From positions 32,001 to 96,000 of the IMG/VR virus record IMGVR_UViG_3300003690_000002: DNA of 64,000 bases. One strand, given 5' to 3'. This stretch comes from a virus. Of this stretch, positions 56,751 through 64,000 are shown piece by piece. Numbering within the stretch: the first letter of the stretch is position 1; the number at the start of each line of letters is the position of its first letter. The position numbers and the translations under genes are program-made. Below the pieces are notes generated by a model. The model saw nothing but the letters and a program-made list of their open reading frames with translations. It was not told the DNA's origin and did not search any database.

Positions 56751-57718
56751 TTCATTTCTAATTCTTTAAAGGTTTGAATATTGTAATATTTTTTGTCTAA
56801 AAAATTATAATCTTCTATTGGGTCAATATTGGCTAATATCTTCCGTACCGATTCGCGGGGGGAGGTCTTGGAGACAAAATCAAGTTCAATTTTTGCTTTT
56901 ACATTAGATGCTTTATAGTTTCTAATGTCTTGGCGATTTAATGTCTCTATTTGAATATCATATCCATGACTATTCAATTCTTCTTTTATTTCATCAGCTA
57001 AGCGACCAATTGTATAATTATCATAACATAAATTATATATACCACTATTTTCAAGATTTGCTTCAATTGCTCTTATATAACCCGTTGCAACATCATCAAT
57101 ATCGATTAGCGGTCTCCATAAATTTGGATTATGAACAACTATTTTCCCTTCAGTTAAAGCAGTTTTTGTCATAGCGTTAACAACCAAATCATATCTCATT
57201 CGCGGAGACCAGCCGCCTACAGTTCCCTTTCTTAAAATAATTGGTCTAAAATTCTTACTTGTCAAATTTAAAATAGCCTGTTCTCCAATTAATTTAGAAA
57301 TACCATATGGGTATTGCGGAGCAACTGGGGATTCTTCATCCATTAGTTCGTTTGCTGTATATCCGTAAATACTACACGAACTAGCATAAATAAAGCGAGA
57401 TATTCCCGCTCGTTTGGCTGCATATGCCAAATATGCTGGTACTGCACTATTTTCTACAAAATTCATTGATGGATTAAAATCTGCCATTGGGTCATTGGAA
57501 AGCCCTGCCATAAAAACAACTACATCATATTTTTCTGCATTCAACTCCTGGTGGGAGACATTCATAATATTTTTTTCTTTAATTTTTGCCGCTTTTGGTA
57601 AAAAATTACCAAACCACATAAGGTCAACTACAGTAACATCATATTTTCTTTTTACTAATTTATGAACTAGGTGGGTGCCGACATATCCGGCGCCACCGGC
57701 TACGAGAATCTTTTTCAT
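56747..57718 (-). CDS. NAD-dependent NDP-sugar epimerase/dehydratase
   Basis: LVAGGAGYVG, AGLSNDP, YASSCSIYG, PYGISK, SPRMRYDLVVN. Confidence 0.88.
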   Translation of the reverse strand: MKKILVAGGAGYVGTHLVHKLVKRKYDVTVVDLMWFGNFLPKAAKIKEKNIMNVSHQELNAEKYDVVVFMAGLSNDPMADFNPSMNFVENSAVPAYLAYAAKRAGISRFIYASSCSIYGYTANELMDEESPVAPQYPYGISKLIGEQAILNLTSKNFRPIILRKGTVGGWSPRMRYDLVVNAMTKTALTEGKIVVHNPNLWRPLIDIDDVATGYIRAIEANLENSGIYNLCYDNYTIGRLADEIKEELNSHGYDIQIETLNRQDIRNYKASNVKAKIELDFVSKTSPRESVRKILANIDPIEDYNFLDKKYYNIQTFKELEMK

Positions 57719-57738
57719 TTTATTGTTTTATCTTCCTT

Positions 57739-58302
57739 TTAATAGAACTTTGGGTCTCTATCATATTCTAAAAAATTTTGTGCTTCTTGATCCTTCAAGG
57801 ACAAAACAGCATCTTTTTTATCTATACCCCATTTGATATTTAAAAATTTATCAAATGGATTAATACCAGATTCTCCATTTTGATTATAAACACTAGAGCA
57901 TTTATATAAAACAACAGTATCTTCTTCGAGTGCTAGGATTCCATGAGCAAATCCGGGTGGTACCCATAATTGTTTGTGATTTTTATCTGTTAATGTCACT
58001 GACATGTATTCTCCATAAGTTACAGAATCTTTTCTTATGTCGACAATAATATCTTTCACAGATCCCCTTGTTGCCCTTACAAGTTTTCCCATTGGTTCGT
58101 CCCACTGGTAATGTAACCCTCTTATGACATTCTTTTTTGAGATTGATTGATTATCTTGTTGCATATTCTCTGTAAACCCTAGATCGAAAAGATTGGCTAC
58201 ATTATAAGATTCATAAAAATATCCACGATCATCATCAAAAATGCGCGGAATAATAATCAAAACTCCTCTGAATTTAGTTTTTTTAATTTCAAATTTATTC
58301 AT
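57739..58302 (-). CDS. rmlC: dTDP-4-dehydrorhamnose 3,5-epimerase
   Basis: DDRGYFYESY, QDNQSIS..NVIRGLHYQ, GKLV...G...D..VDIR, LWVPPGFAHG. ATG at 58302; the track uses TTG at 58320. Confidence 0.92.
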   Translation of the reverse strand: MNKFEIKKTKFRGVLIIIPRIFDDDRGYFYESYNVANLFDLGFTENMQQDNQSISKKNVIRGLHYQWDEPMGKLVRATRGSVKDIIVDIRKDSVTYGEYMSVTLTDKNHKQLWVPPGFAHGILALEEDTVVLYKCSSVYNQNGESGINPFDKFLNIKWGIDKKDAVLSLKDQEAQNFLEYDRDPKFY

Positions 58303-58316
58303 CTGCAGCCCTTTTT

Positions 58317-59348
58317 TCAAAAAATCAAGCTAGGTATTTTTTCTTTCCATAGCTTTGTGAATAATGCATTGTCGCTTCTGTATTGGTTGTCTATCTTTTT
58401 TTCAGTTTTATTTGAAAAATGGTTAAATGATTCATCATGGAAAAAATGAATATCTTTTCCAAAATACATTACTTTTCTATTCTGTTCCAATGCTCGCAAG
58501 CATAAATCCACATCTTGCAAAATTTTTGACAAAGATGGATTAAGCCCCCCAATGGATATAAACCACTCCAAATCAATTATTTGTAAAGCACCAGTAACAA
58601 AATCAGTTCCAATGTCGCAATTTATTCGTGGATCATTTTTATTCGTAAACCTTCGATAGTGTATTGGCACAAAAGAACCATTTGGTGATGAAATCCATCT
58701 TGAGCCGCCAAACTGAACTGTTCCTTTGGATTTCCCGTCTCTCATTGATGGGAAATGCGTTAAAATATTTATACTATCTTTATCATTATGCAGACTTTCA
58801 TGTGGATATAATAATTTTGACCCTGAGATGACTGCTCCGGCTTCTATGTGTTTTTTTAAGAAAGTATCGAAGTATTCAAGTTTATCTATCCACAAATCAC
58901 TATTCCAAAGTATAATTTTTTTCACGCCTGATTTATAAGCTAATAGTGCAGGAATATTATTCAACATCGAAAAATTAAATCCTTTATCATTATCAATACG
59001 TAAATAGTTTACATCGTATTTGTTGCAAACTTTTTCAATATCTTCGTCCGATCTATCATCAACGACTATTAAATTGATGGTATCAAAAAAATTATTTATT
59101 TTAAAATTTAAAAGTGTATAGTTTAGTAAATTTATATTATCTTTAATCGGCAATATTACAAGCGGTTTTGTGTTGTCAAATTGCTTTTTTTGTTTCCATA
59201 TGCATATATATAAAATATTTTTTTTAGAATATTTAGAATCAGCAACATGAACTAATTCATCTTGGTGGGTTTCAAATTCTTTTTCTATAATAAAATTTTC
59301 GTCTTCAAATAAATTACAACTAAAAAATTTAACATTTTTATTTTTCAT
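58317..59348 (-). CDS. GT2-like (GT-A) glycosyltransferase with N-terminal extension
   Basis: LVILPIKD, IVVDDRS, FNFSMLNN, ILWNSD, FVTGAL, IGGLNP...QDVDLCLR. Confidence 0.75.
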   Translation of the reverse strand: MKNKNVKFFSCNLFEDENFIIEKEFETHQDELVHVADSKYSKKNILYICIWKQKKQFDNTKPLVILPIKDNINLLNYTLLNFKINNFFDTINLIVVDDRSDEDIEKVCNKYDVNYLRIDNDKGFNFSMLNNIPALLAYKSGVKKIILWNSDLWIDKLEYFDTFLKKHIEAGAVISGSKLLYPHESLHNDKDSINILTHFPSMRDGKSKGTVQFGGSRWISSPNGSFVPIHYRRFTNKNDPRINCDIGTDFVTGALQIIDLEWFISIGGLNPSLSKILQDVDLCLRALEQNRKVMYFGKDIHFFHDESFNHFSNKTEKKIDNQYRSDNALFTKLWKEKIPSLIF

Positions 59349-60574
59349 ATAATGACAATATCATCATTTTCATCGGATATAAATAATTGTGCAAATTTCT
59401 CATATTGTTTTTTTTCAGTAAAGTTTTCAAGAAGCCATTGTTGTAGTTCTTTTGCTTGTTTTACAAATCTTCCATAATCTTTTCGAACTTCGCGAAGTTT
59501 CATCTTATAACTACCTTGTTTCGCATAACACCATTGTGAATCTTGTTGCAAAACTCCTTCCCAAACAGCCTCTTTTGGTATGGGTGCCAAATCATAATCA
59601 ATTTTTGCAAAAAACGCTTTAGTTTTCATTCTACCATTTTTTTCAACTGCTTTATAAAGAAAGTCACAATAGCCACTCCAGTCAACAGCTAAAATCGGTA
59701 ATGCATTATATGCAGCTTCGAATAGTGGTAAACCAAAACCCTCACCATGAGTTATCGAAATCAAAGCTTTAATTTTTGGATGCAAATAAAGAGCCGTCAT
59801 TTCCTCATCTGTCATATCTCCATGTAATAAATAAACTTTACATTTTCTTTGCGGATATTCTTTTAATAAAGATTCAACTGTTTGTTCGGTATGATATTTA
59901 TCGATATTTGAGTTATTTTTAATATTAAGTTTAAGTACTAATCCTATTTGTTTATCGATAAATTCTTCAACAAACCATTTAACTGTATTTACAATATTTT
60001 TTCTTGGACCCCATTGTGCAACTGTTAAAAAATTAAAATTTGTTTTAAAATCTAAAGATATATCTGCTGATTTATGATTTCTAACTGGATAGTGTACAAC
60101 ATGAATCGGGGTCTTGCATTTTAAATGTACTTCTTGCTCTGTTTGTGGATGTTTAGCAGAATAAACTGTATTCTCATAAACAGATTTTGAATGATTTGAA
60201 ATTGTTATAATTTGATCCATAAGAGAGGCTTTTTCTATCCACACTGGGGCTACTTTTGTTGTCTCAATCCCTGCTGTCACACCAATATTTATGGAAGCTA
60301 ATTTTTCCCATTCATTTGGGATCGTAACTTGAAACGATATATCATATTGACCATTCTTCTGTTGGTGTTCGATAGTTTTGGCTAGTATACTATCCATCCA
60401 CCTTCTTTCTTCATTATCTTCATATAACCAGCCGGTTTGTCCCCATCCTGTGGTTATTAAATGTATGTCAAAGTGTTCTTCATACGCCCTTAAAGCTCTT
60501 AAAACAAACCTTGTATGTTCACCATACCCACTTCTACTTAAAGCGGGACCTCTTACTAAAGCTTTTTTTCTCAT
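59345..60574 (-). CDS. GT4 (GT-B) glycosyltransferase
   Basis: SRSGYGEHTR, RKNIVNTVKWFVEEF, THGEGFGLPLFEAA (EX7E-type motif). Confidence 0.85.
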   Translation of the reverse strand: MRKKALVRGPALSRSGYGEHTRFVLRALRAYEEHFDIHLITTGWGQTGWLYEDNEERRWMDSILAKTIEHQQKNGQYDISFQVTIPNEWEKLASINIGVTAGIETTKVAPVWIEKASLMDQIITISNHSKSVYENTVYSAKHPQTEQEVHLKCKTPIHVVHYPVRNHKSADISLDFKTNFNFLTVAQWGPRKNIVNTVKWFVEEFIDKQIGLVLKLNIKNNSNIDKYHTEQTVESLLKEYPQRKCKVYLLHGDMTDEEMTALYLHPKIKALISITHGEGFGLPLFEAAYNALPILAVDWSGYCDFLYKAVEKNGRMKTKAFFAKIDYDLAPIPKEAVWEGVLQQDSQWCYAKQGSYKMKLREVRKDYGRFVKQAKELQQWLLENFTEKKQYEKFAQLFISDENDDIVII

Positions 60575-61836
60575 ATTATCTCTTTAAAAGTCCATAATTT
60601 ATAATTTTCTCTTGTTGACCATGATCCATATTCATTATATACAAAAGTAAAAACTTCATCCCATTTTTTAATAAAATTTTCAAAATTATAATTTTTTGTA
60701 ACATGTTTACGACCCAGTGTGCCAATTTTATTTCTCTCTTCTTTTGACATGTTATAAATTTTAAGTAAAGCATCAACCACATCTTTACCATTTAATCTAT
60801 CTTCGTAAATCCATGGAATATCCTGGGAGCCAATTATTGCTTTTGAAGCTGGCTCAATGCCGACACCAAACCAATTTTCACCATCAGTTACTTGTTCTTG
60901 CAATCCTCCAGTCATATTAACAATAACTGGTGTTCCGCATGATAATGATTCTAAAGTTGATAGCCCAAAACCCTCTGCATCAGATACATTTATAGTACAA
61001 TCTGCCATATTATAAAGCATTGATAAGTGCTCAATTGATAATTTCTGTTTTGAAAATAAAACTTGACCTTGTTTTAATTGTAAGTACTCTAATATTTCTT
61101 CTAGATCTTGCCCATTTGGATCTTTAGGGTCAGTGTGCATTATTAAACAAGCATTGTCGTGTCCAACAATATCTAAAAACTCTTTAAACCAAAAAATTAA
61201 ACTGCCGCTTTGTTTTCTTCGTGCGTTTCTATTATTCCAAAAGAAAACTAATTTATCTGGATTTGAATCATCTGAAAAATGTTCTTTTTTAAATCCTAAA
61301 ATATCTTCTTCTGGTATTGTTCGAAAAATATTTGTATCAACCGCGTGTGGAAGATACATGCTTTTAACTTTTGGTGCGACATTCTTAACAATCTTGTCCG
61401 TAAGTTTAGATATACTAACGATTAAATCATTTGACTCATAAAACTTCTTATTAAAAACTGGATATGGGTAATTATCCCACACGTGGTAATACACCATTGG
61501 GATTAAAGGTCTAATCTCGTTTTCTATCATCCACAACCACCCCCAAAATCGTGGATCTGTCATAAGCCAAAGAATATCTGGTCTTTCATTACGTATTACA
61601 GAACGAACAACATCTTGTGTGCCATATCCATCGACTGGATGGATTATCCAATCATCTTTAAATTCTTCGACTCGAACAGGTTGGTGGTTTTCATGTTTAA
61701 TTGCTCCACCAAGGCTTATAAATTTATATTTTCCTGTGCGAAGCATTCCCTCGATCATATATTTAGATTGTGTTCCAATCCCGGAGGGGGAAAGTGGGTG
61801 GTCCCCCAATGTTAAAATTTTAATTTTTTTGGTCAT
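60571..61836 (-). CDS. GT4 (GT-B) glycosyltransferase
   Basis: SPSGIGTQ, LPHAVD, NNRNARRKQ, SDAEGFGLSTLESLSCGTPVI. Confidence 0.85.
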   Translation of the reverse strand: MTKKIKILTLGDHPLSPSGIGTQSKYMIEGMLRTGKYKFISLGGAIKHENHQPVRVEEFKDDWIIHPVDGYGTQDVVRSVIRNERPDILWLMTDPRFWGWLWMIENEIRPLIPMVYYHVWDNYPYPVFNKKFYESNDLIVSISKLTDKIVKNVAPKVKSMYLPHAVDTNIFRTIPEEDILGFKKEHFSDDSNPDKLVFFWNNRNARRKQSGSLIFWFKEFLDIVGHDNACLIMHTDPKDPNGQDLEEILEYLQLKQGQVLFSKQKLSIEHLSMLYNMADCTINVSDAEGFGLSTLESLSCGTPVIVNMTGGLQEQVTDGENWFGVGIEPASKAIIGSQDIPWIYEDRLNGKDVVDALLKIYNMSKEERNKIGTLGRKHVTKNYNFENFIKKWDEVFTFVYNEYGSWSTRENYKLWTFKEII

Positions 61837-61849
61837 CTATTCCTCTTAA

Positions 61850-62626
61850 TCAAGGGCAGTGTTTTGTTTTATAAAATTCACATGTGCCATATGGCTTATG
61901 GCATGATAGTTTATTTTTAAGGTATCTTTTTTTATTAATATTATACACGGCTTTAGAAAGAAATTTTAAGGCATTATCTGTTTTTTTCTTTCCACTTGTG
62001 ACTCTAAATATTTCAACATTATTTTTGGTGGCAGTTCTTTTTAACAAAGCAAAATGTGTTTCTATTAAATCTGGGTCGATATCATGCTTTAATGCGAAAA
62101 AATGCTTATATAAAGTAAGTTGATAGGTTGTCAACTTATCGCTTTTTCTACGAGCATCCCAACCCCAAGAACAAGTTTTCCAATCAATAATATGATACCC
62201 ACCATCCACAGTTTTGATGACTAGATCAATAAAGCCTTTAAAGTTATATTCTGTAACGTCCGCCATCGGCTCAAATAGTTTTTCTTCTATCGAAACTATC
62301 TCATATTCTCCAAAATAATCTTTTACTGCTGGTATTATAAATCCAATCAAGAAACACCCTTGTACCCGCATGTCGCTTACAAGTTTTTTATTTAGTTTAT
62401 AATCTTCTGGTAGCTGTTTTAATTCTTTTAAAAATTGTTGTTGAAAATAGGAGGGTGCATTTTGAATATTCTGCTCCACAAGCCCTTCACATGTAATATG
62501 AATGGCTTTGCCAAAAGCAGTATATTCATTGCCTTTAAACTTTTTTATATTATCTAAATAAACTAATTTATGTTTCCAAGGACAATCGTTCCATATTTTT
62601 AATTCCGAGAATGATATGTGGGGCAT
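61850..62626 (-). CDS. PD-(D/E)XK nuclease, AddB/Cas4-like, putative 4Fe-4S
   Basis: ISFSEL...CP, FGKAIH, FKGFIDLV, IIDWKT, QLTLY. One N-terminal Cys plus C-terminal CHKPYGTCEFYKTKHCP. Confidence 0.85.
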   Translation of the reverse strand: MPHISFSELKIWNDCPWKHKLVYLDNIKKFKGNEYTAFGKAIHITCEGLVEQNIQNAPSYFQQQFLKELKQLPEDYKLNKKLVSDMRVQGCFLIGFIIPAVKDYFGEYEIVSIEEKLFEPMADVTEYNFKGFIDLVIKTVDGGYHIIDWKTCSWGWDARRKSDKLTTYQLTLYKHFFALKHDIDPDLIETHFALLKRTATKNNVEIFRVTSGKKKTDNALKFLSKAVYNINKKRYLKNKLSCHKPYGTCEFYKTKHCP

Positions 62627-62637
62627 CTATTACCTTC

Positions 62638-62979
62638 TTATTTGGAAGTGTTCGAACTTTTTTTAGAGGAAGTCTTCATAACTGACTCTACTTTCGGAGG
62701 GGTGGGAGTTTTTTTGGATTGTTGACTGCTCGAAGAAATTACTTCAAATACCCACATGCATTCGTTGTTATTATAACGACCTCTGTTTGAGATCGTATTG
62801 TTTTCTAGACAAGCACCAAAAGTGATATTTTTGTTGTGTAGAAAAGATTTGATATCCGATGTGTAATATGTTCTATATTCGGATGGGTTGGTACCATTAT
62901 ATACTGGCAATTTTACACAAAGACATACCGTATTATCTTGTTTGTTGTGTGTTAGTGTACATTCACTGTCTTTTAACAT
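62638..62979 (-). CDS. hypothetical protein
   Basis: 113 aa, SD AGGAG, co-oriented. No family recognised. Confidence 0.5.
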   Translation of the reverse strand: MLKDSECTLTHNKQDNTVCLCVKLPVYNGTNPSEYRTYYTSDIKSFLHNKNITFGACLENNTISNRGRYNNNECMWVFEVISSSSQQSKKTPTPPKVESVMKTSSKKSSNTSK

Positions 62980-63003
62980 TTTTTATGCTCCTATTTGTTG
63001 TCC

Positions 63004-63678
63004 CTATTCGTAATTAGAGATCAAACTTATTTTATTAAAAAGTTGTGGGCTGACATTTTTCAAATATCTTCTGTCTCCTAAAAAATATTCTTCGAATCCT
63101 CTAGCAAAATATTCCCTAAGAGAAGTTACTGCATATGGTGAAATAAATAGTCCCATTACATACATTAATAATTCAGAGTATCCAATTTTTTTATAAAGAA
63201 AGTCATCTAGCTCTTTGGAGTAATTTGTTTTATTAAAATTATATTTTAAAGTATCATGACCATATTCCTTTAATATAAAATTTAATTTATTTCTTTTGCC
63301 AATAAATTCTTTCTCTAATATGCCATCGGAATAAATATCACTTGGCATCAATTCTTCAACGCTATGAGCTATTTCGTGCACAATGTCATCAATCATATCT
63401 TTATCGTCACTCTGTTCGTTTGTTAGGTAAATAGAACCATCCTCATATACAGCATTGACATGTTTTTCTTTAAAAACATCAAAATCTCCAATAAATATTG
63501 AATCAATTAAATAAACAAAGTGCCTTGGAATAATATTTTCAATTTTTAATAATACAAAATCTATATCAACATTTTTAGGTAACTTATCCTTAATATATAC
63601 ATTTATAGTACCATAAAAATGCCTTTCGTTCAACTCTTTTTTTGTTTTTTTTGATGATTTTTTTATATAATCTTTCAC
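63004..63678 (-). CDS. putative zinc metallopeptidase-like protein (HExxH)
   Basis: IVHEIAHSVEE and downstream LREYFARGFEEYF. Confidence 0.55.
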   Translation of the reverse strand: MKDYIKKSSKKTKKELNERHFYGTINVYIKDKLPKNVDIDFVLLKIENIIPRHFVYLIDSIFIGDFDVFKEKHVNAVYEDGSIYLTNEQSDDKDMIDDIVHEIAHSVEELMPSDIYSDGILEKEFIGKRNKLNFILKEYGHDTLKYNFNKTNYSKELDDFLYKKIGYSELLMYVMGLFISPYAVTSLREYFARGFEEYFLGDRRYLKNVSPQLFNKISLISNYE

Positions 63679-63695
63679 TTATATTTTCCAAACAT

Positions 63696-63986
63696 TTAAT
63701 CAAGAATTTCCTCTTGGTGTTTTTCTTTATATAGCTTTTCTCCAACTTCGACATCGGTCAATGCCTGTTTATAGCCTCTAATAAAGTTCTCTTCAGCTAT
63801 TGGCAATAAGAAATCTGGGAACTCCTTCGCCATTACTTCAATTACCATCTCAATAGTCACTTCATCATTTTTTGGTTTAAGTTGTGAACCGACGTAATCT
63901 ACTATCCATGTTTTTAACTCGTTATCTTTCTCAACTGGTTTAAAAATATCGGGATTGTCATCATAATCAATTTCATCATTATTCAT
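63696..63986 (-). CDS. hypothetical protein
   Basis: 96 aa, acidic, co-oriented, with GAAGGGG upstream. Confidence 0.55.
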   Translation of the reverse strand: MNNDEIDYDDNPDIFKPVEKDNELKTWIVDYVGSQLKPKNDEVTIEMVIEVMAKEFPDFLLPIAEENFIRGYKQALTDVEVGEKLYKEKHQEEILD

Positions 63987-64000
63987 ATTATTGCCCCTTC

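Noticed and set aside
41496-61836. Bacterial O-antigen/capsule locus (contig is chromosomal or chimeric)
   Set aside because: The island is continuous, co-oriented and overlap-coupled with phage genes on both sides, and lacks wzx/wzy/ABC export and housekeeping flanks.
1104-62123. Numerous short (60-160 aa) + strand and nested - strand ORFs in the track
   Set aside because: All overlap longer, motif-bearing minus-strand genes, lack SD sites and recognisable motifs, and behave as antisense or off-frame shadows.
61850-62626. CRISPR-Cas system suggested by the Cas4-like nuclease
   Set aside because: No repeat-spacer array and no cas1/cas2 or effector genes. The intergenic gaps are too short to hold an array.
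1-64000. tRNA/ncRNA genes, DGR, integrase/IS elements, stop-codon recoding
   Set aside because: The largest intergenic gap is about 100 bp with no cloverleaf seen; no reverse transcriptase, transposase or integrase motifs; genes are full-length under the standard code and end in TAA, TAG and TGA.

Overview
This window is a gene-dense, AT-rich segment of a large tailed bacteriophage genome (myovirus-like, probably jumbo class; host not identifiable from this window). Every credible gene is on the minus strand, with Shine-Dalgarno motifs and frequent 1-4 nt stop/start overlaps. In + strand coordinates it has four parts. (i) 1-824: a partial primase-type zinc-finger ORF that the ORF track missed, plus a RuvC-like resolvase. 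(ii) 829-39705: a contractile-tail baseplate/spike module with gp25-like and gp6/J-like wedge genes, two proteins of over 3000 aa, and a spike that appears split over two genes, one carrying SGNH-esterase and lysozyme-like domains. (iii) 39706-41499: a sigma-factor-like gene and small ORFs. (iv) 41496-61836: a 24-gene, about 20 kb sugar-nucleotide and glycosyltransferase island, followed by a Cas4/AddB-like nuclease and hypothetical genes. The most notable element is a contiguous 7-gene block at 44504-50514. It looks like a self-contained nonulosonic (sialic-like) acid system: NeuB-type synthase, HAD phosphatase, cytidylyltransferase and a CstII/Maf-like transferase, with an unusual tailoring set of SDR, fold-type-IV aminotransferase and B12-radical SAM. 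All family calls come from motif recognition by eye and recalled family consensus; no database search was run.
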